Assembly: GCF_902713615.1 (NCBI RefSeq)
Contig: NC_052158.1
Location: forward strand, 30,297,990 to 30,361,989
Source of the DNA: Scyliorhinus canicula
Taxonomy: Eukaryota
Length of the DNA stretch: 64,000 nt
Direction: 5' to 3'
How positions within the stretch are numbered: position 1 is the stretch's first letter; each line of letters opens with the position of its first letter. The translations under genes and the position numbers were made by a program. The notes under the pieces were generated by a model that made no database searches, was not told the origin of the DNA, and worked only from the letters and a program-made list of their open reading frames with translations. Shown piece after piece: positions 1 through 13,895 of this stretch.

Positions 1-83
1 AGAGCATGTGTTAAACGCCACATCGGAAAATCGGCCCTTCGGGTAGTTCAGCATGCCCGTCACACTTGCCTTACGTTTCTACC

Positions 84-97
84 CCAGTAGATGGCGC
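84..97 (+). promoter_or_regulatory. candidate CTCF-binding motif
   Basis: CCAGTAGATGGCGC matches the vertebrate CTCF core consensus and lies in non-repeat sequence; motif match only. Confidence 0.3.
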
Positions 98-310
98 GGT
101 CTTACTGCATCTACTTCATTATCACAGGCGTTATTGATTTTTTAAAAAACGTTTATACTGGATTTTCACATTTAATATTCAACATTTTAAAGTTAGAATA
201 TACAAAGCCGCACCAAAGATGAAAGAAAGAAAAATATTAACCAACGCACATATTTACAAGCAAATGTCTTCCCTCCCATTATGGCTGTGACCGCCCTTTT
301 GCTGGCAGAT

Positions 311-566
311 TATCATAGAATTTACAGTGCAGAAGGAGGCCATTCGGCCCATCGAGTCTGCACCGGCTCTTGGAAAGAGCACCTACGCAAAGTCAACACC
401 TCCTCCCTATCCCCATAACCCAGTAACACCACCCAACACCAAGGGCAATTTCGGACAATAAGGGCAATTTATCATGGCCAATCTACCTAACCTGCACATC
501 TTTGGACTGTGGGAGGAAACCGGAGCACCAGGAGGAAACCCACGCACACACGGGGAGGATGTGCAG
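311..566 (-). mobile_element. V-SINE (HE1-like), truncated
   Basis: Reverse complement of the V-SINE core (gtgggtttcctcc...ggtttcctcccacagtccaaagatgtgcaggttagg) plus CR1-like 3' tail; abuts the L1 3' end. Confidence 0.8.
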
Positions 567-3500
567 ATATATGTTAAAATCCCCAATATGGCCATAGCTG
601 GTATTCACAAGTGTCTACTTGCAGTTTCGTTGGGCTTTAGGTTGCCCTTGGACCCGTCCCCCTGCCGGTTTGACCCTTATCCTTCGCGGTGTCTTTGCAT
701 GTCTTTTCCCGGCCCACTTTCTCCCCCCCCCCCCCCCCCCCCCCGTTCCTTTTGTTTTTTGTGCCCGGCTCGTCCATGCCACCCCTCCCCCTTCTGTACT
801 GGTTGCTGGCTACCAACAGTTCTTGAAAAAATTTGGTCAACGTCCTCCACGTCCTGTGGAAGGCCTTTACCGACCCATGGATGGCCGATTTTACTTTCTC
901 CAGCCTGAGAAGTTCCAGCAGGTCAGACAGCCAATCTCTAGCCTTCGCTGGTACTGGCGATCGGCAGCCGAGAAGGATTCTCCGGTGGGCAATCAGGGAA
1001 GCAAAGGCTGGGGTGTAGGCCACCCTTCCCATGAAGAGTTCTGGTCGATCTGATACCCCGAAGACCATCATTTTGGGGAATGGCTCTATTCTCCCTCCCA
1101 CAGCCCTGGGAATTGCCGCAAAGATGGTCGAGCACCCGAAATGTTTGAGGCAAGCCAGGGATATATCGGTGTGGTTGGCTGGGCCACTCTGCCACAAGTC
1201 ACATTTGTCCTCCACCTCCAGAAACATTGAAGTTCTGCTTAGGTGCGGTCTGAACCACATTTAGCGATGTTTGGCTCAGCCCTACGCTTGTGGAGGTAAG
1301 ATCCCCCACTGTTGCTGCTCAATTATCCTTGTACGTATCACTAAACGGCAGAGTCCCCTCGTCCTGTCTCCACCGTTTAGCACCTGTTATTGCAGAGCAA
1401 AACTGTGATTATTGTAGATGGCTGCCAGGGCGGACATTTGGTTAGGCCGAAGTGTTGCCTCATTTGGTACCATATCCGTACCATGACTGCTACCACTGGG
1501 CTCCTCGAGTATTTGGTCTGGGGAGATGGGAGGGCAGCTGTGGCTAGGGTTCAGGGGGGCATCCCTATGCAGGAACTCGCCTTAATTTCATCCACTCTGC
1601 TCCCGGTTCCTTCACTCATCACTGTATTCTTTCTGTGGTGGCTGCCCAGTGATTGAACCGTAGGTTCGGGAGGGCTAGACCTTTCATTTGTAGGACATTC
1701 TTTTGCATCCTCGGGCTCCCTGCCTCGGGACTCTGTGCAGCCAGAAGTATTTAGATTTGGTGGCGCTTTTCCGTTCACTCGCCATGGGAGCACTCAACAG
1801 TAGTTTCACCCAGGAGCTGAACCCTGGTCCAAACCTAAACCAGTACTTCTATGAGATAATTGCATTCAGTCTGTTGAATGACTTTTCTACGTCCAGGGAG
1901 ATGATCACTTCTGGTGTTCCCTCCCCAGATGGGGTAATTGTCACTTTCAGCAGGCACCTACTGTTCGGTGACAGCAGTCTACACTTGACAAAGCGCGCCT
2001 GGGCTTCCGTGACTACCTCTGGCATTAAGTTCTCGAGCCGCTTTGCCAGGACCATAGGTTCTTTACATTGACGTTATTTAGTGAGATGGGCCTGTAGGAC
2101 TCAGACTCAGTTGGGTCTTTGTCCTTATTGGGTATCAGCGATGTTGAGGTTTGTGCAGTGTTGTTGGCTGTGTGGCCCTTACATGTTAAATATGTTAACA
2201 CATGCGCCTGCGCCTTCCCTGCCTCCATGGAGCTGATACTCTCCATGACTTCCACCAGCTCCAATGGCGCTTTCAGTCTATGTCTCTAATTTACACCCAT
2301 GCTCGACATGTCCTGTCCATCGAGGTACTGCTTCATCTTCGATTCGCCCGCCGGGAGTTCTGAGGTGTACAGCTCTCGTTGGGAAATCTTTGTTGAATTT
2401 TCTGGTGCCGTGACTAGCCTCCTCCTTCTGTCTTTAACCTTAACTATTTCCTTCGTGGTTGCCTGCTTTCTCAGCTGGTGAGCCAGCAGGTTGCTGCCTT
2501 TGTCTCCATGTTTGTAAAAGCCACCCGCCCCACCCGTGTCTGGCGGAGCATGTGCTCTACTTTCCAGTGGACAACAGATCAAATTCCACCTCTAGCTTTT
2601 CCCTCTCCACCAGTGATTCCACGGCCAGAATCTCGGAATCCCCCTGTTCCACCTCCAGTATATCGTCGATCAGCTGTTGCCCAGCTGCCCTCTCCTTCCT
2701 ATCTTTGCGCAATAACTACCCCTCATCACAGCTTTCAGGATCTCCCAGAACATGGAGGGAGAGACTTCCCTGTTCTGGTTGTTAGTACCGTACCTATCTA
2801 TGGATTGTGATATTAATTGACAGAATGCGTCATCGACCAAGGGGTCTAACCTCCAAGGGCGGGGGGGAGGGGGGGGGGGGGGCGTGAGCCATTGCGCTCG
2901 GAGTGTGATCGGTTTTTACGATTCTGGATCTGCTCCAAGTTCACCACGAAGCATCACTTTCCTGACTACAAAGACGTTGATCCTGCTATATAGCCGGTGT
3001 ACCTGGAAGAAGAAGTATTCCTTCTCCCCTGGGTATGTGAAGTTCCATGGGTTCATTGACTCCATCTATTGTATGAAAGCATTCAATTCCTTTGCCATGT
3101 TTGATCTCTTCCCTGACCGGGTTTGTTCTGTCTGGCCGTGGGCCCTGCATACAGTTAAAGTCCCCTCTTCCCACCCCTCCCACGATGGGTGGACCCTCCT
3201 AGACCTCGTCCCGTAGCAAGGTTGGTAATTCTGTCACACCCAGTTCCTTCTTTCCCCTAGTCGGTGCTTCTTCCCCAGATGGGTCGGTTATGTCGGCGCT
3301 CAGACCTTTCAGATGGTTAAAGGGTCTGGATCTTTTCACTGGGCTGATAAATCGCCTGTAATCCAGGTGAATATTTTGATGGGGAGTGGGATGAGTTCTC
3401 TCCCCCGAACACCCCTCCACCTATCCCAACGTGCGGAGTCAGCCATAATTAGCTTGCGGATGCACGCTGCACTCTGGGGTTCCCCTTTGTTTGGGGCCAT

Positions 3501-5134
3501 CCAAAATGGCGGCATCGCCATGCTCACCATGTGGATGTGCCCCTGCACTCCTGGGTTTCCCTTTCTTTGGAGTGCTCCATGATGGCTGTTTGCGGTGCCC
3601 TTGTTTCCTTGTCGCCATTTACGATCTGCCATTGCCAGCGTTCTGTCCCCACACACACCTCGGCTTTTCCCCTGTCTGCCATCCCCCCCCCCCCCCCCCC
3701 CACACGCCCTTGCGGGCCTCCCCCCAGCTTAAACCCACCCCCTTATTTTTGCCGCGAATTTTCTCCCAATTAGAGTATTCTCATACCCTGCTTCCAGTCT
3801 TTCCCTCCCCACTGGTGGTTGTGGTGCGAATTCCCCTCGCCCGTGCTCACCTGTGATAGCTCACCCCCTATTGTGGTGCCCTCCAACTCCCCGCCGGGAG
3901 CCATCTTTGCCTTCCCACCCGCATTGCATTTCTCTCCCGCCTTTCCTCCTCCCCTCCCCTTTCTGTGCCCTAATACTCTCACCACCTCCTCCCTGAGACT
4001 CCAGTCAGATCAAAGATGAGGCAGCTCTGTCCAAAGCTATTTCTTTTTAAACCGATGAAACTAGAGTTCTGCTTCACTGCTGGTGTCGATGCCTTCCATG
4101 CCCATGCTTGCGCAAATATCTGCTTCTGCTGGTGCACTGAAATAGTACTGCTTACCCTGGCTAGTCACCCAGTATTAGGCAGGATGCAGCATCCTAAACC
4201 ACACTTGACTTTTATATAAGGCCACCTCGGCTGCAGTGAATTCCGCCGGAGGCTTGACCAGGCCTCTCCCAATGTCTAGGGTACACATGGATCGAATGAT
4301 CCTCCCACTTATTGTGCCTTGCTCAATTCAGGATCTCTTCCCTGTCTGGATAACCGACAAATTTAGCGATGATGGCCCACGGCTGCTCCCTGGATTTGGA
4401 TTTTGTCTGGAGTGACCAGTGGGTTCTGTCCACCTCTCGGGGTTTGGGGATGCGTTTCCCTCCAACAAGCTTGCGCAGCATCTGGCCCAAATACTCTGTA
4501 CGGTTACTGCACTTGGTATCCCCTGGCAGGTCCATGATGCAGAGGTTTTAATGGCATGAACAGTTCTCTTGATCTTCAACCTTCCCCCTCAGCATCACTA
4601 CGCTTGTCATCTCTGTGTCCAGTGAGGCGATCCGGTCGCTCTGGCTGGTCGCAACTTTCTCCAGCTCTCTGAACATCGTCTTCCGTCGCTGCTCCACCTG
4701 CTGCAGCGCCGCTTGAAAGGAGACTACTGCCGCCTTCACCGTCGCCATCATTTCTAATTTGAAGACGTCTCTGTGATTTTTTGAGCTCCAGTGTTAGGAG
4801 GTCTATCGATTCATTTACCTATCGGAGGTAGCCTGGAATATGTCTTGACGGCCATTCCGTTCGGGTGTGACCAAACCCTCGTCACATGTTCGTCGTTGCC
4901 TCAATCTTCCTTGACAGGCTTTTGTAGGTGCTGGCATCCTTTCGGCTCTTCAAGCTACTGCCTGGCATGCCTCGTTCATTCTGCTGGTGTTGGTGGAGAA
5001 TATCCACCTCCCACCCCTCACAGACACACACCCTGGGTTTAGCGGCCTGTTTTGGGGCTAAAGGTGCCTGATCTCTAGTTTTCAGGAGAGCTACCTTTCA
5101 CGCATCCGCTCAGCGCATCTCGTCACCGGAAATC
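567..5134 (-). mobile_element. L1/Tx1-clade LINE, decayed, near full extent
   Basis: ORF1 remnants (4323-4751, EVDRTHWSL...IIAKFV), endonuclease remnants (YSFFPGVH-like, 2986-3420), RT remnants (YRPISL, SLDVEKSFNR, 1849-2264) and C-terminal FASLIAHRRILL...LEKVK (637-1260). Confidence 0.9.
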
Positions 5135-5144
5135 AATTATTTTA

Positions 5145-6150
5145 ATTTATGGGATGCACACGTGGCTGGCTAGGCGACCATTTACCGCCCATCCTTATTT
5201 ACTCCAGGAACCTGGTAGCGACCTGCCTTCTTGAAACACTGCAGTTCATGTGGTGCAGGTACACCCATAGTACCGTCAGGGAGGGAGTTTCAGGATTTTT
5301 GGCGCAGCGACCATGAAGGAAAGGCTGGTATATTTCCAAGTCAGGATGGTGAGTTACTTGGAGGGGAACCATTAGGTCGTGGTTCTCCCATGTACCTGCT
5401 ACCCTTGTTCTTCTAGATGGTAGCAGTCGTGAATGCTGGCTAAGGAGCCTTGGTGAGTTGGGGTGCATCTTGAAATGAAATGAAATGAAAATCGCTTCTT
5501 GTTACCAGCAGGCTTCAAATGAAGTTCATGTGAAAAGCCCCTAGTCGCCACATTCCGGCACCTGTTCGGGGAGGCTGCTACGGGAATTGAACCATGCTGC
5601 TGGCCTGCCTTGGAATGCATTACAAGCCAGCATTTTAACCCTGCGCTAAACCAGCCCCTCTTTAGATAGGAAACACAACTGCCACCGTACATTGGTGGTG
5701 GAGAGAGTGGGTATTTGTGAAAGATGTGCCAATCCACCGAGCTGTTTTGTCCTGGATGGTGTCGAGCTTTATGAGTGTTGTAGGAGCTGCACTCGCCCAG
5801 GCAAGTGGAGTGTATATCACCACACTACTAGATTGTGCACTGTGGCTGGTGGGCAGGCTTCAGGAAGTCGGGAGGTGAGTTACTTGCTGCTCGATTCCCA
5901 CCCTCTGACCTGCTCCTGTAGCCAAAGTATTTACATGGCTGGTCCAGTTCAGTTTCTGGTCAATGGTAACACCCAGGATGCCGACGGTGGGGGTTCAGCG
6001 ATGGTAATGCCATTGAATATCAAGAGGAGTATTCTATCTGGCTAGAGATGGTCATTTCCTGGCACTTGTGTGAAACGAATATTACTTGCCACTGGTCAGG
6101 TCAAGCCTGGATATTGCCCGCAACGTTCTGCATTTGGACATTCTATGGTG
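5145..6150 (-). mobile_element. CR1-like LINE 3' fragment (family also at 10830-12400)
   Basis: Nucleotide similarity to 10830-11700, which encodes the RT C-terminal QDLDNIQAWADKWQVTF. Confidence 0.7.
5471..5658 (-). mobile_element. short tRNA-type SINE with (TTTCA)n tail, inserted in a LINE
   Basis: Head ggggctggtttagc and tail gattttcatttcatttca; same element at 32849-33026, 34613-34799 and 58213-58391. Confidence 0.85.
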
Positions 6151-6789
6151 TTTGTGAATGGTTAGAAAGAACTGTCGTAAAATCGGCTGAGGTCTAGCGC
6201 TAATGATTCGACTCTCTCTGTGTGCCTGAAATTGCATTTACCTGACACCCAATGCCTATTTAGCACTTGCTTGTGCAACCCGAACCACACATTAGCTTCT
6301 ATTGAACAGAATGGGAAGATTGAATATAAAGATTTCACCAATTATTTATTTGGTTTTACTTTTCTTGTCATGATGCACAATCCTGTACCAACCAATTGCT
6401 TCCTCGCTTTATCTTCCCCTCTTTCCCGTACAGAGTCTCTACCTTTGTTCGGGCGATCTTGGCATAGCGATGGTCATCTATAGTTCTCTCTCTTGCTCCG
6501 AAATGTTGTATCATATGTTTTTCCTCCCACTCCCGTGCCAACTATTGAAGACACTGTCAAGGGCTCAAGCCAATTACCCGGGCCTTTGTTGGGGCATTTA
6601 TTTGTTTCATTCATTCAGGGTGGCATTGGTTAGTCCAACATGTATTGACAGTTGAGATTAAGAGAACGAACGGAAATTTCCTTCTGTGTTCCGTCATAAC
6701 TTTGCTAACTTTGTCATTATTTTGGAAACAATTGAACTGAATTGAGCTCTAGAAGCCTTAAAATGTAAAATTCAAACGGCTAAATATCA

Positions 6790-9350
6790 GGGAAAAATAA
6801 TTACTTCCTATCCTTTTATACGGCACGAAAGCACGTTCTGGCCTAATGAGCGTTTAATACAGCTCCAGTATAAACTCCCTGCTCTTATGCCTCTTCGAGT
6901 AAAGGAAGATGATCCATATGCCATCTTAACCATCTTATCTACCTGACCTGCTGCCATCAGAGATCTATCGACATTCAGCTCATGTTCCCTCTGTTCCTCT
7001 GGACCTCCTATCATCCTAGCATTTATTGTATATTCGCACCATGCACCACATCAAAATTTAAGGGTTAAATTCCATTTGTCACTGTTCTGCGTATCTGACC
7101 TGCCCAGCCACAACTTTCTATAATGTAAGGCTTTCGTCCCCTCATAATTTAAGACATCACCAATTTTAGTTGAATCTGCGAACTTACAGATCATACTTCC
7201 TATTTTCATGTCAAGATCATTAATGCACATTACTAACAGCAAAGGACCCAGCACCGATCCCTCTGGTGCAGCACTGCACACAGGCTTCCAGTCGCCAAAA
7301 CAAACTACGACCATTACCCTCTGTCTCCTGCGAGTAAGCCAATTTCGGTCCAATTTGCCAAATTGCCCTGGATCGCATGGCCTCTTACGTTTCTGATCGG
7401 TCTCCCATGTGTGACCTTGTGAAAAGCCTTATTGACGTCCATAGAGAACGCACTGTCCTCATCTACACACCACAAGACTATAAGACCACAAGACATAGGA
7501 ACACAATTAGGCCACTCAGCCCATTGAGTCCACTCCGTCATTTGATTATGGCTTATACTTTCTCATCGCAATTCTCCTGCCTTCTCCCCGTAACCCCTGA
7601 TCCCCTTATTCATAAAGAACCTATTTATCTCTGCCTGAAACTCAGTGATTTGTCCTCCACAGCCTTCTGCGCAAAAAATTCCACAGATTCACCACACCCT
7701 GGCTGACGAGATTCCTCCGAATCTCTGTTTTAAAGGATCGTCCGTTTAGCCTCAGATGGTGTCCTCTCGGTCTAGTTTTTCCTGCATGTGGAAACATTCT
7801 CTCCGCACCCACTGTATCCAGGCCTCACAGTATCTTGCCAGTTTCAATAAGATGCCTCCTCATCCTTCTAAAACTCCAAAGATTACTGACCCACAGTCCT
7901 CAACCGTTCCACATACTCCAAGCTCTTCATTCCAGGGATCATTCTTGTGAGCCTTCTCTGGATCCTTTCCAAGGCCAGAATATCTGTCCTTAGATACAGG
8001 GCCCACAACTGCTCACAATACTCTAAATGGGGTCTGACCAGAGCCTGAAACAGCCTCAGAAGTACATCCCTGGTCTGGTATTCTATACCTCTTGACATGA
8101 ATGCTGTCATTGCATTTGCCTTCCTAACTGCCGACTGAACCTGCACGTTAACCTTATGAGAACCCTGAACAAGGACTCCCAAGTCCCGTTGTGGTTCTGA
8201 TTTCCTAAACATTTCCCCATTGAGAAAATAGTCTATGTCGCCATTCCTTCCTCCAACGTGCATAACACTTTTCCACATTGTATTTAATTTGCAACTTCAT
8301 TGCCCATTTTCCTACACTGTCCAAAACATTCTGCAGCTCCCCTGCTTCCTCAATACTATCTGTCCCTCTACAGATCTTTGTATCACCTGCAGACTTAGCA
8401 ACAACGCCTTCAATTCCTTCTTCCAGATCATTAATGTATATTGTGAAAAGTTGTGGTCCCAGCACACACCCCTGAGGCACACCACTAGTCACTGGCTGCC
8501 ATCCTGAAAAAGACCCCTTTATCCCATCTCTGCCTTCTGCCAGCCAACCAATCCTCTATCTATGCCAGAATCGTACCCGTAACACCATGGGCTCTTAACT
8601 TAATTAACACTCTCCTATGAGGCACCTTGTCAAAGGCCTTCTGGAAATCTAAATAAATCAGGACCACTGGTTCTCTAACTTCCTTGTTACCTCCCCAAAG
8701 AACTCTAACAGTTTTGTCAGACATGACCTCACTTTGACAAAGCCGTGCTGACTCAGTCCTATTTTACCATGTACTTCCAAGTACTCCGCGATCTCATCTT
8801 TAATATTGCTCTGAAATCTTACCAATGACTGAAGTCAGGCTAATCAACCTAGAATTTCCCGTCTTTTGCCTCCCTCCCTTCTTAAACAGCGGTGGTACCA
8901 GCCACTTTCCAGTCCTCTGGGACTCTCCTGCGTCCAATGATTCCTATCAGATCCCCGTCAATGCCTCCACAATCTCTTCAGCTATCTCTTTTGGAACCCT
9001 GGTGTGTAGTCGATACGATACAGGTGATTTATCCACCTTCAGATTTCAGTTTCGCCAGGACCTTCTCCTTACTGAAGGCCACTGCACTCACCTCTGCCCC
9101 CTGATTCTCCTGGATCTCTGGCATTCTACTGGTGTCATCCACCGGGAAGACTGATGCAAAGTAACCACTCATGTCCTCAACACATTGAATTAAATTGGTT
9201 ACACACAACTGTCCTCACAAAACCATGCTGACCATTCTTGATAAATTCTTGTCTCTCTGCGTGGAGATTAACTAGTTCCCTCAGAATTTCTGCCAATCAC
9301 TTCCGTACGCTTGCTGATCTGTAATGACCTGTTTCGTCCCTAGTTTCCTC
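6790..9350 (-). mobile_element. stacked CR1/L3 LINE fragments
   Basis: RT motifs [43 protein letters not shown]; a 3' end with short tandem tail at about 7475. Confidence 0.9.
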
Positions 9351-9367
9351 CTTGAATAATTATATTA

Positions 9368-9635
9368 TAGAAACACCATACAGCGCAGAAGGAGGCCATT
9401 CTGCCCATCAGGTCTGACCCTTCAAACGACCACACCACACTACCCAGGCCTAATACCCCGCCCTAACCCTGTAACCCTATGGTGAGGGGCAGTTTATCAG
9501 GGCCAAACCCAGATTACACTGTAGGCTGAAACCGGAGCACCGGGTGGAAATCCACACAGTCACGCGAGGTCGGAAGCGAACCCGGGTCCCTGGCATTGTG
9601 AGGCAGCATGCTAATTACGGACACCACTATGCCGT
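9368..9635 (-). mobile_element. V-SINE, decayed
   Basis: V core and CR1-like tail in reverse orientation. Confidence 0.7.
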
Positions 9636-10423
9636 AACAATGGCAGCCTATTAACCGTCCTCCAGCCCTTTTGCTCCAATCCTGTGATCAGAGAGTACTT
9701 GAAAATTAATGTTATGTTGCTGGTTTTGAAAGTGCTGTCCGAACCCAATTCGCTACAATGCAAGACAAGTGGGTCTGACACACAGTTCACAATTTAAGGT
9801 TTTTCTCATGTGTCTTTCTTTTTGATTATGGAAAATCGAACATAAATGTTTTCACTTGTCAATTTAGTCTTTGCACTCATATTAGAGTTCTACGCGTTAT
9901 TATTTCTTCATTGCGTTTGTCATAGTTTTATTTTCTGTACAACATACCGCGGTAACCATGAGACTGAAAGTATGTTCTATTTTGAAAATTATTGTTTCGA
10001 TCTTTACTTCAACTGCTTCGGATTTCCCAGAAGGGTCGAGTAAACCAGTGTCGGCGGCAATTTTTGAAAATCAGTGTTGGAAATATATTTCGCAAAGAAT
10101 CCAAACTGTCAAATGGTTAAAAAAAATACGCATGCACATGCACGCATACACATTCGCCCGCCTGATGAGTGAACTCGTCTCTGCTATGTTTTAATTGCTT
10201 AATACGTGCTGCGAAAGTAACATATCAGCGCGAGTTTGCAGCTGACCACACGGGCTGCTCGTCATTCATAACTTGCAGCAGAAGGGCCTTGCGATCTCAC
10301 GTCTGGGGAGCTAGACAGGGAGGCCACTAGAGCCATTAGAGAATGAGTTGTCTGGACTGAACACAGCAGCATCTTGTTTCTTAGATTTTGGCTAACTTAA
10401 TTCCAAGGCTGATTATTCCAAAA

Positions 10424-10735
10424 TGGCCAGCACGGTAGCACAGTGGTTAGGTCTGTGGCTTCACAGCGCCAGGGTCCCAGGTTCGATTCCCGGCTGGGTC
10501 ATTGGCTGTGCGGAGTCTGCATGTTCTCTCTCTGTCTGCGTGGGTTTCCTCCGGGTGCTCCGGTTTCCTCCCAATAGTCCCGAAAGACTGCTGTTAGGTA
10601 ATCTGGACATTCTGAATTCTCCCTCTGTGTACCCGAACAGGGGCCGGAATGTGGGGACTAAAGTATTTTCACAGTAAAACCATTGCAATGTAAGCCTACT
10701 TGTGACAATAAAGACTATAACAATAATAATTATAA
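10424..10735 (+). mobile_element. V-SINE (subfamily with cctacttgtgacaataaa-(ATA)n tail)
   Basis: tRNA-like head with A/B boxes (tagcacagtgg, ggttcgattccc) and V core; relatives at 23010-23290, 34291-34557 and 36710-36952. Confidence 0.85.
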
Positions 10736-10829
10736 ATAGTGCAGTTGGATTGGTTTCAAATTCCCATAAGATTAGCAAAGAAATATCAATGGGTCATTTT
10801 ATTTAACAGGACTATATTTTCAAAAATCA

Positions 10830-12400
10830 ATTAATGGGATGTGGGCGTCGCTGGTGAAGCAAACATTACTGCCCATCCCGAGTTGCTCTTCAGAAGGTGG
10901 TGGTGAATTTCCTCGTTCAACCACTGCAGTCCTTGAGCTGTTGGTACATCTGTCACTGCTGTTCGGAAGGGAGTTCCAGGATTTTGCCCCAGCAACAGTA
11001 AATGAACGGCGATATATTTCCAAGTCAGGCTGGTAAGTGATTTGGAGGGGAGCCTCCATGTGGTGGGGTTCCCAGCTATCTGCTGCTTTTGTCCTTCCAG
11101 ATGATAGTGGTCCTGGATTTTCAAGGTGCTGTCTAAGGAATATTTGATTAGTTAGTGCAGTGCATCTTGTAGATGGTACATACGGCTGCCACTGTTCGCT
11201 GGTGGTTGAGGGTTTGAATATTTGAGGAAGGAGGAGCAATCAAGGGGGCTGCTTTGTCCTGGATTATGTCGAGCGTCTTGAATTCTTGCACTCATTCAGG
11301 CAAGTGGAGAGTATTCTATTACGCTCCTGACTTGAGCTTTGTAGATGGTGAACAGGCTTGGGCGTAGGGTGGGGAGGGGGGAGGGTGCAGGAGGTGAGTT
11401 TACTCGCCGTATGAATCCTAGCTTTTGACCTGCTTTGGTAGCTACATTGTTAATAAGGCTAGTTCAGTTCAGTTTCTGATCAATGGTAACCCTCAGGATA
11501 TTGATTGTGGGGTTAGTGGAAATGCCACTGAATGTCAAAGGGCGATGGTTAGATGCTGTCTTGCAGCAGATGGTCATTGCTTGGCACTTGTGTGGCGCGA
11601 ATGTAACTTGCCATTTGTCAGCCCAAGCCTGGATATTGTCCAGGTCTTGCTGCATTTGGAATGGACTGCTTCATTCTCCAATAAGTTGCGAATGGTGCTG
11701 AACATTATGCAATCATCTGCAAACATTCTCGCCTCTGACCTTATGATGGAAGGGAGTTCACTCACGAAGTAGCTGATGACCGTTTGGCCTGGGACACTGC
11801 CCTTAGGAGCTCCTGTAGTGATGTCCTAGAGCAGAGACGATTGACCTCCAACCACCACAACCATCTTTATTTGCGCCAGGTATGACTCCAACCAATAGAG
11901 AGTTTCCTCCTTGAGTCCTTTTGACTCCAGCTTAGCTAGGGCTCCTTAATGATATATTCGGTCAAATGCTGCCTTGCTGTCAAGGGCAGTTAATCTCACC
12001 TCACTTCTGGCATTCAGCTCTTTGTCCATGTTTGAACCAAGGTTGTAATGAGGTCAGGAGCTGAGGTACCCCTGTGGAATTAAAACGGAGCTTCCGTAAG
12101 CTGGTTATTGCTAAGTAAGTGGTGATTGATAGCACTGTTGATGACTTTTTCCATCCATTTGCTGATGATAGAGAGAAGACTGATAGGGCGGTAAATGGCA
12201 GGGTTGCATTTTTCCCGTGTTTTGTGTACAGGTCACCCCTGGGTAATTTCCACATTGTGGGGTAGATGCCAGTATTGTTGCTGCACTGCAACAGCTTGGC
12301 TGGGGGTACAGCAAGTTTTGGTGCACACTTCTTCAGTACTATTGCCGGAAAATTGTCAGGGCCCCTAGTCTTTGAAGTGTCTACGTGGACTTCAATAAGG
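10830..12400 (-). mobile_element. CR1-like LINE 3' fragment
   Basis: RT remnants RMFADDCIMF, QQDLDNIQAWADKWQVTFAPHKCQAM, PGPDNFPAIVLKKCAP. Confidence 0.85.
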
Positions 12401-12404
12401 CCTT

Positions 12405-13150
12405 TCACACAGTCCCTCATGGCAGATTGATGCAGAAGGTGAAGTCATATGGGATCAGAGGTGAGCTGGCAAGATTCATACAGAACTAGCTTGGTCATAG
12501 AATATAGAGAGCAGCAGTGGAAGGGTGCGTTTCTGAATGGAAGGCTGTGACCAAAGACGTTCCTCAGCGATCAGTGCTGGGACCTTTGCTGTTTGTAATA
12601 TATATAAATGATTTGGAGGAAGTGTAACTGGTTTGATTAATAAGTTTGCGGATGACACAAAAGTTGGTGGAATTGCAGATAGCAACAAGGACCGTCAGAG
12701 GATGCTGCAGGATATAGAGGCTTGGGCGTAGAGATGGCAGATGGAGGTTGAAGAAACTCCGGTTGTTCTCACTGGAATGAGGTTGAGGGGCGACCAGATA
12801 GAAGTCTACAAGATTATGAGGGGCACGGATAGAGTGGCCAATCAGAAGATTTTTTCCCAGGTTAGAAGATTGAATTACTCAGGAGAATAGGCTTAAGGTA
12901 CATGGGGCAAGATTTACAGGAGATGTGCAAGGCAAGTTTTTTACACAGAGGGTGGTGGAAGCCTGGAACTCGCTGACAGAGCAGGTAGTTGATGCAGATA
13001 GGATACTAACTTTTAAGCGGTATCTTGACAAACACATGAATAGGATGGGAATAGAGGGATATGTTCCATGAAATTGTAGGGTTTTTTAGTTCAGACGGGC
13101 AGCATGGTTGGTGCAGGCTTAGAGGCCGAAGGGCCTGGTGCAATTTTCTT
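12405..13150 (+). mobile_element. CR1/L3 LINE fragment
   Basis: VPQRSVLGPLLFVIYINDL and KFADDTKVGG coding sequence with CR1 3' UTR. Confidence 0.85.
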
Positions 13151-13895
13151 TGTTATTTGTTCTTATCGAGTGCCTTCGGCCGTTTCTTGATATCTAGTGG
13201 AATGAATCGCATTGTCCGAAGACTGACATTTGTGATGTTACGAAGTACATGCTTGCTGGTTAAGTTCATCAACCAGAAAGGTACACACTTGATTCTGGGC
13301 CTGAAACCTCGCCTGTCGTGGGGAGTGGCGGGAGGTTGAAATAGTCCTGAAGTGAATGATTGAACCTAATATAAGCTTTATTCAATAGAAGGAAATTCGG
13401 TGGGCTCCACAAGAGACCAGTGGAATATTCCCCTATATTTTTATTGATGTCTGCGCCCACGTGGCGCTTTAGACCCCGGCAGTAGACGAAAATATCCACC
13501 CCAATTGGAGAAAATCCGCGAGGTTCCCCGCCAGCCTTCCTGTGGGACCCTGGTTAGCGATGTTCAGCCCAGTAGATCGAGCCGATGGAAAAGTCCTTGC
13601 ATGTGTATCCGAAATCTCCCTGGAAGTTGTCCCCTGCCGCCCTGGGCGTAAGAACGACTCTGGTCTGGGAAATAATGAACCCATCAGCAACTGGATTGAC
13701 TTTGCTCTGTTTAGAAAGTCTCTTCCTGGTTTTGGGATTAGCGGTGCCGCTGTGGTCCCTACGCTGACGGTTTCCCGTGTCTTGAATGTACTGATGTTCA
13801 TCCCCACCATTTCCCTCCTCCCGTCCACCATTTGTTCATTTTTATTACATGTGGAGTGTTCAGTTTCAGAAATTGCCCATTTCATATGTCAGCAG

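Noticed and set aside
9958-10194. ORF MRLKVCSILKIIVSIFTSTAS as the pseudogene leader (with nearby STAT-like TTCCCAGAA at 10024)
   Set aside because: No convincing phase-1 donor after the hydrophobic stretch; the same STAT motif also occurs inside a CR1 relic, so chance is likely
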